The notes under the pieces: generated by a model
Told to the model about the DNA's origin: nothing
The model's input: the letters and a program-made list of their open reading frames with translations, nothing else
Database searches by the model: none
Assembly (NCBI RefSeq): GCF_004010195.1
Contig: NC_057720.1
Coordinates: forward strand, 2,872,969-2,892,968
Reading direction: 5' to 3'
Source: Chiloscyllium plagiosum
Lineage: Eukaryota
Length of the DNA: 20,000 bases
Shown: positions 1 to 9,889 of the stretch, piece by piece
Position numbering within the stretch: the first letter of the stretch is position 1
How the letters are laid out: every line of letters starts with the position of its first letter
Program-made: the position numbers and the translations under genes

Positions 1-1292
1 GTAACAGGACCTCCAGCAGCAGGTGGCGACAGTGAGGGAGGGCACCAAGCAGGGCAGCTGGAGCAGTCAAACCGACCTTCTCTGAAGGAGGGAGACTTGA
101 TAGGGAGAAAAATCAGACAGGTGAAGGAACTCTGAAAGCAGATGTAAATGACAGGGTTCAGTCCATGTAAATACTTCCTTGATTAATTATAATGTTCCTT
201 CATGTTGATAATTAACTAACGTTAATGGAATAAAGGATCCCTGCTTCATGATGTTTGGGCTGTCTGTGTGTTCAGATCTCAAGTTCCATGAGCAAAACCC
301 TTGAGTATATTCCTCTTGTTCTGATGATTTGGTCCATTCATTTTGTTCCTTGATTTATTTTTTTCCTCATCCCAGTCCTTACATGTTTTGCATGAGGTCA
401 CGTTCAAAAGGAACACTCTTTATATCTGCATTGATTTAGACATTTCTGGTTGCCAATCCCCAGTGTTAGTCAGACGTTGTCCAGAAACATTTCATTCCAG
501 AGACGTCCTTTGAAACTCAGTGTTGTTGATGTGAGAATGAGCATGCAGTCTCCAGAGACAAAGAGGTGACCCACAAACTGCCAGCCAGCAAAAGGTGCTG
601 TTGGATGTTATAATTCACTCTGTGTTATAGTCACCTCCCTAACCATCACTCCCCCAGCACAAGAACTCAGCAATGGGGGAAATGTGAAAACAAAGATGGG
701 AAAATTAAATTCAGAGTATTGGTTCACTAGGTGTGCAAGCAGAGAGCAGGATGGGTAATTGGAACATGGTGAGAGTTTTAGATTATGTTAAAGACCATAC
801 CAGACCCTTTCAAAAAATTTAAGAGGTAGCCTAGACCCTAACTTTTTGTTGCCTTAAATTCAAATGTAAAGTGCAGTGTTCCGGATGCCACGCGACTGGT
901 CAAACTACTCGACATTAAACAAAACACAATTTATTTAAACATTATCATTAAACTACAACCAAGGAAAGAGGAATTTAGCATAACATCTCCATTGGAAAAC
1001 TTAACAGAACAACAGATAGTAACTACTACTAATTAACTGTTCTGACATAGTAACATCTCATAAACACACCCCTTGGCAAAAAGGCAAATCCAGAAAAATA
1101 GGTTTGTCTCACAGGAATCAGGGAGTGTCCCAGAGGACTAGAAAATTGCTAACATGGCATCCCTGGGAGTAAGGCAAAAGACGGAAAATTACAGACTGAT
1201 TAACCTGACCTCGATCATGGGTAAGATCCTGGAATCCATTGTGAAGGATGAGATTTCTGTTTACTTGGAAGTGTATGGTAAAATAGGGCAAA

Positions 1293-1384
1293 CCTGAAAA
1301 TGTGTTGCTGGAAAAGCGCAGCAGGTCAGGCAGCATCCAAGGAGCAGGAGAATCGACGTTTCGGGCATGAGCCCTTCTTCAGGG
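1293..1384 (-). mobile_element. 92-bp PLE terminal module (HHR plus partial tail) inserted in CR1
   Basis: Perfect 12-bp TSD aaatagggcaaa (1281-1292 / 1385-1396); the CR1 peptide GKIGQ|SQHGF rejoins when the insert is removed; homologous to the PLE end at 12460-12570. Confidence 0.92.
1352..1384 (-). ncRNA. Minimal type I hammerhead ribozyme motif
   Basis: Minus strand: CC-CUGAAGA-A-GGGC-UCAU-GCCC-GAAA-C-GUC-GAU. Core and stem II intact, palindromic ACGU stem III, weak stem I. Confidence 0.85.
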
Positions 1385-3079
1385 AAATAGGGCAAAGTCA
1401 GCATGGTTTCATCAAAGGGAGGTCATGTCTGACAAATCTGCTAGAATTCATTGAGGAAGAAATGAGCATGTTAGACCAAGGAGAGTCAATGAATGTTATC
1501 TACCTGGACATCAAGGAGGCCTTTGACAATGTGTCACACAGGAAGCTACTGAGTAAGGTAAGGGCCCATGGTGTTATAGGCAAGGTGCTAGCATGGATAG
1601 AAGCCTGGCTGTCTGGCAGAAAGCAGAGAGTGAGGATAAAATGGTCTTTCTCAGGATATGACAAGTGGTGTTCCGTAAGGCTCAGTGTTGGGACCACAAC
1701 TTCTCACTTTATACATTAACGATCTGGATGAAGGACCTGAGGGCATTCTGGGTAAGTTTGCAGAGATTCAAAGATAGGTAGAGGGACAGGTAGTATTGAG
1801 GAGGTGGGGAGGCTGCAGAAGGATTTGGACAGGTTAGGAGAGTGGGCAAAGAAGTGGCAAATGGAGCACAGTGTGGGAAAATATGAAGTCATGCACTTTG
1901 GTAGAAAGAATAGAGGCATGGACTATTTTCTAAATGGGGAGAAAATTCAGAAGTGAAGTACAAAGGGACTTGGGAGTTCTAGCCCAGGATTCTCTCAAGG
2001 TAAACTTGTAGGTTGAGTCAGAAGTTAGGAAGACAAATGCAATAATGGCATTTATTTTGAGAGGACTTGAATCTAAAAGCAGGGATGTACTTCTGAGGCT
2101 CTGTAAGGCTCTGGTCAGACTATATTTGGAGTATTGTGCGCAGTTTTGGGCCCCATATCTCAGGAAAGATGTACTGGCCCTGGAGCGTATTCAGAGGAGA
2201 TTCACGAGCATGGTCTCAGGAATGAAAAGCTTAACATATGAGGAACGTTTGAGGACTCTGGTTCTATACATGATGGAGTTTAGAAGGATAAGGGAGGGGA
2301 TCTAATTGAAGCTTACAGAATACTGAATGGCCTGGACAGAGTGGATGTTGGGAAGATGTTTCCATTGGTAGGAGAGACTAGGACCTGAGGGCACAGCCTT
2401 AGACTAAAGGGAAGACCTTTTAGAATGGAGATAAGGAGAAATGTCTTCAGCCAGAGAGTGGGGAATCTATGGAATTCACTGCCACACAAGTCTGTGGAGG
2501 CCGGGTCATTAAGTATACTTAAGACTGAGATAGGTTCTTGATTAGTAAGGGATCAAAGGTTACAGGGAGAAAGTGGGAGAATGGGGTTGAGAAACTTATC
2601 AGCCATGATTGAATGGTGGAGCAGACTCGATGAGCTGTATGGCCTAATTTCTGCTCCTATGTCTTTTGGTCTTATATGTAACCCAGCAGCAGAGAGAGAA
2701 ACATTAGCTTCTAACTGTAACCGAGACAGGGAGAAGATAGCTCCTACTTCAAAACTCCAGCAGCTTCTGCTGAATCGAAAAGCGAAAAGAAAACCCTAGA
2801 AAACCTGGTCTGTGAGAGCTGGCCACACCCATCCAGGCAGCTTCTATTGTTCCAACTTCATTAAAAAAAAATACAACCTGTTAACATTACTGACTTTCTA
2901 CCTGGATGGTTCAGCACATCTGCCTTAAAACTTCCCTTCAAATAAAACCCTGGACAAAGTAACCTCTTAAAGCCACAGTTACAAGCAGCAGAGCCTTGGA
3001 TGTGTGAACGTTTACAGAAGCAGAGAGACTAACTGGCAAAATGTGAAAGCAGTTAATTTAAGAGGCAGCAAATAGATTT

Positions 3080-3335
3080 TTTTTCAAATCTTTGTCCCGT
3101 CCTAGCCCCTACATCCCTATCACCTTCCCAATCCTCCACACACTTCCGATTCTGATCTCCCTGCAGTAGCATCTCTCCGTTCACTGCAGTGTGTCACAGA
3201 AACCCTCTGCCGCTTTCATTTCCACATGCAGGTGCTCCTGAAAACATATGTCTTTGGCCAAGTCCCGATCCTCTGTCCTTATCTCGATTTTTATGGACAT
3301 TCCCACGAAGTACCTCAGAGCATTTCACTGCAATC
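3080..3335 (+). mobile_element. Old L2-like LINE 3' fragment
   Basis: Degenerate resemblance to the L2 ORF2 end and 3' UTR (ttcaaatc...cctagcccctac, ctcctgaaaacatatgtctttggccaag); homologous to the reverse of 9890-10345. Confidence 0.5.
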
Positions 3336-3425
3336 AATTTCTTCATGGGTCGCAGGTATTGCTGACTGGGCCAACATTTTTTGCTCATTCCTAATTGCCC
3401 CTGAACTGAGTGGGTTTATACAACA

Positions 3426-3553
3426 AGGCAAAATTGAGGACTGCAGATGCTGGAGATCAGAGTCTTGATTAGAGCGGTGCTGGAAAAGCACAGCAGGTCA
3501 AGCAGCATTCTAGGAGCAGGAAAATCAACGTTTCGGGCAAAAGCCCTTCATCA
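3426..3553 (-). mobile_element. PLE terminal module (HHR plus full tail)
   Basis: Degenerate 13-bp TSD ggtttatacaaca (3413-3425) / ggttcatacagca (3554-3566); tail ctccagcatctgcagtcctca on the - strand. Confidence 0.88.
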
Positions 3554-3555
3554 GG
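3524..3555 (-). ncRNA. Minimal hammerhead ribozyme motif
   Basis: Minus strand: C-CUGAUGA-A-GGGC-UUUU-GCCC-GAAA-C-GUU-GAU. Core intact; the 5' arm of stem I is lost at the insertion boundary. Confidence 0.8.
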
Positions 3556-3749
3556 TTCATACAGCAGTCAGCAATAGTTACCATTAGAATAGCTTTTAAT
3601 TTCAAATTTATTGTATTAGATTTCACAATCTGCCATGATGGGATTTGAATCTTTGTCCCCGGAGTGTTAGTCTGATTCTCTGGATAGCTATTCCAGAGAC
3701 ATTACCACCTCCCCCAAGCCTGTAATCCACAGCCCCAAAGCACTTGTTT

Positions 3750-3985
3750 AAATCGCACTGTGGCAAATAAATAGAATTCTAAAATCCGAAATGGAAAGCT
3801 AGACTCAGTAACAGTGCCCAGGAAAATGGTTCACTAATGTCCTTCAGGGAAGAAACTCTGTCATCCTTACTCAGTCTGGCCTCTATGTGACTCCAGACCC
3901 ACAGCAATGTGGTTGGCTCTTAATTGCTATGTGTAGTGGCTGAGCAAGCTACTCAATTCGAGAGCAGCCAGGAATAGGGAACAAA
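3750..3985 (+). mobile_element. SINE family A fragment
   Basis: Conserved core ggttcactaatgtccttcagggaag...gtgactccagacccacagcaatgtggttg, shared with 4145-4450. Confidence 0.8.
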
Positions 3986-4144
3986 CCAAATTGTACCCAT
4001 GTTTGAAACCCAAGTAAAGCAATAGATGGTATGTTCAGATGAGTTGAGATGTAGCTTTTGAGCACATTTTGCAAGATCGCCCTGTGTGGTATTTACAGAA
4101 AATAAGTTGTTTACCAAGCAAACCAATTGAGCAAATTATTTTTG

Positions 4145-4450
4145 TTCATTCAGGGAATATGGGCACAGTGGCAAGGCCAGTATTTATTACCCATCTGTAA
4201 AGGTTAAGTCAACCACATTGCTGTGGGTCTGGAGTCACGTGCAGTGCAGACTAGTTAAGGGTGGCAGATTTGCCTCCCTGAAAGACATTAGTGAACCCAT
4301 TGGGATTTTACAACAATTGACAGAGTCACCGTTAGACCAACTTTTAATTCCAGTACTTTTTAAATTAAATTCTCTGCCTTAATGGTGAAATTGCCTGGGT
4401 TTCTGGATTACTAATCCAGTAACATTACCAGGACATCACTGCCTTTCCCT
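4145..4450 (-). mobile_element. SINE family A, ending about 75 bp upstream of the collagen exon
   Basis: Reverse complement of the same core (4210-4238, 4274-4297), with head and tail. Confidence 0.82.
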
Positions 4451-4524
4451 CTTGTGATGAATGCTGAACTTTATTTATTTCTCAAAGCGGAATGTTCATG
4501 GAACTTGTCTCTCCTTTAAAACAG

Positions 4525-4578
4525 GGTGAATTAGGACCAGCTGGAAACACTGGAGAACCAGGACAAACCGGTTTGAGG
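4525..4578 (+). CDS. COL24A1: 54-bp triple-helix exon of a fibrillar collagen, probably collagen XXIV alpha-1 (GELGPAGNTGEPGQTGLR)
   Basis: Acceptor ctctcctttaaaacag|GGT and donor AGG|gtgagt; 18 codons, perfect (Gly-X-Y)6, phase 0. Paralog call rests on recalled similarity to COL24A1 (GDVGTAGSVGGTGEPGLR); COL27A1 is the alternative. Confidence 0.88.
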
Positions 4579-5333
4579 GTGAGTTCAGATAAGACCACAG
4601 TCTGAGTCCTGTCCAAACAGCCCAATCATGGCCACATTCCTTGTTTCATTTCTGAAGAGCATCATATGCTACCAGAATCTTCCAATGCGTGATACAACAA
4701 GTCAGTGATTTTGTTGGGATTTTGTTTGATTCAAAGTAGTAGCTGTTACAAAAACATAACCCAGCAGCTGTGAGGAATCCAAATTAAAAGCAGTAAGTTG
4801 TGAAATGTGTAAGCAATGGCAGCAGTAACTGCCTTAGTTTAGAAACAAATTCCTGTGAAAACCCATGTAAGTTCCTTGGAGACTGATTAGCACACACCAT
4901 GAAACTACTAAATGGCTCAGTATGTTTTTTAATGTTATTTTCAGAATTCAGCTCACTAAATCACAGCTGACAAATTGGCATGTTTATTAGTGATGCCGGG
5001 TTTTTTAAGGAGTGTTTTTTTACTCCATTCCAGCTGCACCAATAAAACAGCACCAGGTTCTCACTCATAAACATATCGAGCCAAGCTTGACAGTGGAGAA
5101 AAGGATCTGGTGCTATTCAAATGAAAAATGGAATCTTGTGTTTGATTAGTCTATTTGTGCTCCTTCTCAGAAGTTTGTTCTTGTGAAAATACAAATCATT
5201 TTATTGACAGTTTGAAATGTTACTGAACCGCCTCAGTTTTGAGAGCACTTTAAATGCAATTCCTCGATTGCACCACAGCAATAACTCCAACCAGTAGAGG
5301 ATTTATGGTCCTTCAAAGCAACTTACCATGTGC

Positions 5334-5528
5334 TAAATAAAAACCAAGAGAAATGCGGATGCTGTAAATCAGAAACCAAAACAGAAATTGCTGGAGAAAC
5401 TCAACAGGTCTTGTAGCGTCTGTGGAGAGAAATCAAAGTTGATGTTTTATGTCAGTGACCCTTCTTCAGAACTGATGCTTGCCAGACCCTGCTGAGCTTT
5501 TCCAGCAATTTCAGTTTGAGTTTCTATT
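5334..5528. mobile_element. Fold-back (palindromic) PLE-derived short element with a degenerate HHR
   Basis: Inverted arms at about 5378-5411 / 5484-5517; 11-bp TSD ttaccatgtgc (5323-5333) / ttaccttgtgc (5529-5539); - strand AGUU-CUGAAGA-AGGGUCACUGACAU-AAAA-CAUC-AACU. Confidence 0.82.
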
Positions 5529-5631
5529 TTACCTTGTGCCTTTGTTTTCTCCAGAGCAGTGTCTAGGCTCCTGCTTTGATAACTGCAAGAGCTGGTAACA
5601 TGTCCATCCTGCAATGTGCTCTGAAGCTAAA

Positions 5632-6245
5632 TGGTAGCTGTGGTTTAGAGGCTTGCCTCTGAGTCAGAAGGCTACAGTTCATGCACTCGAAACCTGGAGA
5701 AGGACAAGAGTGGAATGTACTGAGTTACTGACAAGGTGCTGCACTATCAGTGGGCTCTCTTCCAGACTAGCATTTGGACTGAAACCCTGCTCCATTGATG
5801 TTCATGTTCTCCTTCCACATTCTTTATAAACAGTAGTGAATTCTTCCTGGCGTCCTGGTCAATGTTGATCCCTCTAGCAGCCTCACACAAACAGATAAAT
5901 CAAGCCAGGAACTGCAGATGATGCAGACCTAAAACAAAAACAGAAAACTCAGCATGTCTCTTCACCTCTGTGGAGAGAGATATTTTGAGCGCAGTGGCCC
6001 TGCTTCAGAATGTTAACTCTGTTTTCTCTCTTCGCAGATGTTGCGTGATCTGCTGAGTTTCTCCAGAAATTTCTGTTTTTGTTTCAGATGGTCTGGTCAT
6101 TATCAGATTTCTATTTGTGGGATCTTGCTGTGCACAAATTGAACATCTTGCTCCCCACTTTGCAGCAGTGACCATATTTCAGAATGTGTTTGACTGGCAA
6201 TCAAACACTCTGGGACATTGTGAAATGTATGATATATAAATCTAG
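5632..6245 (+). mobile_element. DeuSINE-superfamily SINE (SacSINE1/AmnSINE1-like), interrupted at 5897-6084
   Basis: Head cttgcctctgagtcagaagg; Deu-domain-like tctggtcattatc...tttgtgggatcttgctgtgcacaaatt; L2-like tail ending tatataaat. Family recalled from memory. Confidence 0.75.
5897..6084. mobile_element. Second fold-back PLE-derived short element with a decayed HHR
   Basis: Arms aaacaaaaacagaaa..actcagca..tctgtggagagaga versus tctctcttcgcaga..tgctgagt..tttctgtttttgttt; cagat repeated at both junctions (5892-5896 / 6085-6089); - strand core CUGAAGC is mutated. Confidence 0.78.
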
Positions 6246-6760
6246 TGAGGGTTTTGTCTATCTTTATTTCAAAAGCATGGGAACACACTCCCCCCGAGTC
6301 TGCTCCTGCAAGTTGTTTATTTTTATGGATTATGTACACAACACCATTTAATGGATAAGATTCCTTCTTAAATTTCATCGTTCACTAGTCATCAGGAAAG
6401 ACAGTTGTGATCTATAAACATTCCCTAATCCATGTTTAGTTAACTACACTGATACTATCATGTTGTAAATAAAACATGGAATGGACTTCAGAATATCTTC
6501 GCTCTTTGGGTCACCAAGATGAAAGGCAATAAATTATCCATGGAACAATTTTCCAAAGTTCAGGCTTCAGTTAGTTGTAGCACACAATTATCGTCATAAA
6601 TCTTCACAGCAGGAGAGTTTTCTGAAGAAAGAGTTTGGAATTCGAAAACTATCTTGCTGGTTTTTCTGCTCCTCCCTTGCTCTTGGGATCTCATTCTATC
6701 AGCCTCTCCTCAATCACTTTCACCCTCCATGGCATTACTCAACTTCTGCTTCAATGTAGC

Positions 6761-7107
6761 CTTAATTATTCAGGTCATTGGTCATCCCTTCACTTTCTAT
6801 TCAGCTGTTAATATTTTACTGATACCTCCATTTAACACTTTTGATCACTTGCAAAGATTTGTTATTCAGCCTGTAGACATTTCATTCACACCATTTGTAC
6901 TTATCTGTTGACCCTCTTAATTATCTGGAATTATCTTGCCATTATCTCTCCATCTATATATTCTGTGCCTGTGTCCTTCCCTCCATTTCACCTGATGAAG
7001 GAGCAGCGCTTCGAAAGCTTGTGATTTCAAATAAACCTGTTGGGCTATCGCCTGGTGTCATATGACTTCTGACATTGTCCACCCCAGTCCAACACCGGCC
7101 CCTCCAT
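6761..7107 (+). mobile_element. 3' end / pseudo-LTR of a second PLE family
   Basis: TSD ttcaatgtagc (6750-6760) / ttcaatgtaac (7108-7118); contains an HHR followed by aataaacctgttgg. Confidence 0.78.
6988..7024 (+). ncRNA. Apparently intact minimal type I hammerhead ribozyme, sense to the collagen gene
   Basis: UCAC-CUGAUGA-A-GGAGC-AGC-GCUUC-GAAA-G-CUU-GUGA: stem I UCAC/GUGA, 5-bp stem II with one G-U pair, palindromic AAGCUU stem III; predicted cut after 7020. Confidence 0.88.
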
Positions 7108-7157
7108 TTCAATGTAACACAAAAAGATTTGAGTCCAGGAGCACTGAGGTCTTGCTT

Positions 7158-7952
7158 TATAGAGTCATTGAGTCCTACAGTATAAAGATAGGTCCTTTGG
7201 CCCAAACTGGCTCATTCTGACCAAAGTGTCCGTCCACACTGACCCTATTTTCCTGCATTTGGTCCATATCCTTTGAAACCTTTTTGTCTAAATGCCTTTG
7301 AAATGTTGTTAATGTACCCGCCTCAACCACTTCCACTGGCAGCTCATTCCATATGCGTACCACCCTCTCTGTAAAACAATTGCCCCTCGGATTCCCTTTT
7401 ATTCTTTCCCCTCTAACCTTAAACTGATGCCCCTCTAATCCTCGATTCCCCAACCCTGGGAAAAAGACTGAGTGCATTTGCCCTATTCATGCCTCTCATG
7501 ATCTTATACACTTCTATAAGGCCCCCCTCAGTCTCCCACGCTTGAAAGAAAAAAGTCCTAGCCTGTCCAACCTCTCCCTATGACTCAGACTCTTTAGGCC
7601 TGGCAACATCCTTGTAAATTTCTTCTGCACTCTTTCCAGTTTAATGACACCCTTCCTATAGCAAGGTGACCAAAACTGAACACACTATTCCAGGTGCGGC
7701 CATACCAACATCTTGTATAGTTGCAACATAACTGCCCAACTTCTATACTCAAATCCCTGACTGATGAAGGCCAGTGTGCCAAAAGCCTTCTTCACTGCCC
7801 TGTTTACCTGGGACTCCACTTTTAGAGAACTGTGAACCTGAGCTCCAAGGTCCCTCTGTTCCACTACACTCCTTAAGGCCCTACCATTCACCATGAACCC
7901 CTACTTGGATTTGACTTTCCAAAATGCAAGACCTCACACGTTTCTATATTAA
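7158..7952 (-). mobile_element. CR1 3' fragment
   Basis: EQRDLGAQVHSSLKV, YKMLVWPHLE, FTERVVRIWNELP; agagtcat tail repeat. Confidence 0.93.
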
Positions 7953-7957
7953 ATCTT

Positions 7958-8488
7958 CAGTTGTACAGGAAATTGGTTAGACCATATGTGGAGTACTGTG
8001 TGCAGGTTTGGTCTCTTTATCTCAGGAAAGATATTATTACCATAGAGGGAGTGCAATGAAAGTTCCCTAGATTTGTTCCCGGGATGGTGGGAGTGTCCCA
8101 TGAAGAGGAATGCAGGCTGGCCCTGCATTCTCTAGAGTTCCAAACAATGAGTAGTGGTCTTATTGAAACCAACAAAATACTTCAAGGGATAGACAGAACA
8201 GATAGATCTAAGATGACTCCCCCCAGATGAGGAATGTGGAACCAGGGGCACAATTTAGAAATAATGAATGATAATCATAAAAGTAGTGGTGAGCCTTTGG
8301 TATTCTGTACTCCAGAGCGCTGGGGAAGCTCAGGCTTTGTGGATGTTTCAATAGAGATTAATGATTCTTTTTGTTTATCAAAGGCTTATCAGGATAACAT
8401 CGATTAAAAAGCATTGAAGTGTCCAATCAGCTGTGATCTCATTAAGTGAAGGAGATTGATGGGCTGAGGAGCCTTATCCTGTTCCTGT
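7958..8488 (+). mobile_element. Older CR1 3' fragment
   Basis: ttggttagaccatatgtggagtactgtgtgcag (LVRPYVEYCVQ); tail gggctgaggagccttatcctgttcct. Confidence 0.85.
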
Positions 8489-8760
8489 GAGAGATTTATA
8501 AAATCATGAGGGGTATGGATAGGATAAATGGACAAGGTCTTTTCCGTAGGGTGGGGAAGACCAAATCTCAGGGTCATCAATATAAGACAGTCATTGATAA
8601 CTCCAAATGGGAATGCAGGAGGAAGCAGAGATTGGGGGTGGGTGGGTGGGTGGGGGCGGAGAGGNGGGGGGGGAGAGAGACAGAGCCAGAGAGAGAGAGA
8701 GAGAGAGAGTGAGGTGAGAATGTGGGACTCACTGCCACTGGGAGTGGGTAAGGTGAGTAA
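8489..8760 (+). mobile_element. CR1 3' fragment interrupted by (GGGT)n/(GA)n simple repeats
   Basis: IYKIMRGMDRINGQGLF...VRMWDSLP. Confidence 0.8.
8635..8710 (+). repeat. (GGGT)n, G-run and (GA)n microsatellite
   Basis: Read directly; contains one N. Confidence 0.9.
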
Positions 8761-8834
8761 TATCATAGAGTCATAGAAATGTACAGCCACAATGGGATAA
8801 AACCCTCTGCACATTCACATCAACCCACACAGCG

Positions 8835-9373
8835 AGAGCACGGGGTGCAGTTCTGGAGTCCACATTGTCGGCTGGATGTGATAGCACTGGGGATGGAGCG
8901 GAGGAGGAGATTTCCCAGGATGTTGTCTGGGCTGGAGAGTTTCAGTGATCGAGAGAGATTGGATAGACTGGGCTTGTTTTCCTTGGAACAGAGGAGACTG
9001 AGATGGGATGTGATTGAGATGGAGAATGTGATGAAGGGTATAGACAGGAGGAAACCTTTCCACTTGGTGGAGGGATCAGTGACCCAAGGCCTAGGTTTAA
9101 GAGAAGGGGCAGAAGATTTAGAGAGCACATGAGGAAAAACGTTTTCATCTGGTTGGGGGTGGAGCGGGAGGTAATCTGGAACTCCCTGCCTGTACGGGTG
9201 GGAGAGGCAGAAACCCACAGCACATTGAAGAAGGATTTAGATGGGCCAAAGCAAACAGGTGATGGGCCAAGTGCTGGGAAATAGGATTGGAAATGTTAGA
9301 TGGTTGCTTTGACCAGTGTAGAGCCAATGAGCCAAACAACCTTTCTCTGTGCCATAGATCTTTATGACTCTAT
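8835..9373 (+). mobile_element. CR1 3' fragment
   Basis: EHGVQFWSPH...ERLDRLGLFSLEQRRLR; tail tctttatgactctat. A short opposite-strand CR1 tail lies at 8762-8830. Confidence 0.9.
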
Positions 9374-9561
9374 CAAACTCACTCACCTACATTTTATATC
9401 TTTCAATTTGTTTTAGTAAGACAAATGATAATTACAGGGTAAATCTTCAAACTAGTCTTGATGGGCTCAGTGGTCTCTCTTTGTGCCATGATGACTCTAC
9501 AGCCCTTTACGTTTTCTCTTCCCACAATAAAAACAATGACCTCTCTTTTGTTTTCACCTAG

Positions 9562-9615
9562 GGAGAGCCAGGACCAGTGGGAGAAGATGGAATACAAGGA
9601 AAAGATGGGATCAAG
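9562..9615 (+). CDS. COL24A1: Next 54-bp triple-helix exon of the same collagen (GEPGPVGEDGIQGKDGIK)
   Basis: Pyrimidine tract ctctcttttgttttcacctag|GGA, candidate branch point aatgac at about 9535-9540, donor AAG|gtaagg; (Gly-X-Y)6. Closely resembles recalled COL24A1 GEPGAPGEEGLQGKDGLK. Confidence 0.9.
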
Positions 9616-9889
9616 GTAAGGTTTCTAAGATTATTTTCTGGGGCCCAATGTTACAAACTCACAAAGAGAAGTTGTTTTCACCAGTTACAGTTACCAGTTC
9701 CACTACTATCCTTGACTGGACCTATTCCTACCCTAGTCATTCTTTTATTCCTAACATACCTATAGAAAGATCATGTTGGGGGGTTTCAGAAGGTCAGGCC
9801 AATCACTTTGACTAAAGGTAGATAGCCCATTGCTACCACTCCACCTCTCTCTGTCTCTCCCACTCCAATATTCACTTGATCGATTAAAC

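Larger units (their letters stand above)
1112..2676 (+). mobile_element. 5'-truncated decayed CR1 LINE (ORF2 RT region and 3' tail)
   Basis: Peptide remnants SQHGFIKGRSCLTNLLEF, VIYLDIKEAFDNVSH, LEYCAQFWAPYLRKD; tail ttctgctcctatgtcttttggtcttat. Confidence 0.95.
786..2983 (-). mobile_element. Possible solo-LTR-like repeat (786-1111 plus 2677-2983), split by a CR1 insertion
   Basis: TGT...ACA ends; AATAAA on the - strand at about 930-935; the flanks of the CR1 read as one continuous non-coding sequence. No TSD found. Confidence 0.35.
3341..3715 (-). mobile_element. tRNA-derived SINE (family A), internally deleted and interrupted by a PLE module
   Basis: B-box-like gggatttgaatc (about 3640-3651); head and tail homologous to 4145-4450 and 16040-16336. 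Confidence 0.75.

Noticed and set aside
1..125. Additional collagen exon
   Set aside because: No sustained Gly-X-Y frame.
7030..7035. AATAAA as a host intronic poly(A) site
   Set aside because: Part of the PLE pLTR; the motif is common and there is no transcript evidence.
7620..8100. Twin-priming inversion of a single CR1 at about 7955 (similarly about 17890)
   Set aside because: The opposed pieces cover overlapping ORF2 regions and are strongly diverged; independent insertions are more likely.
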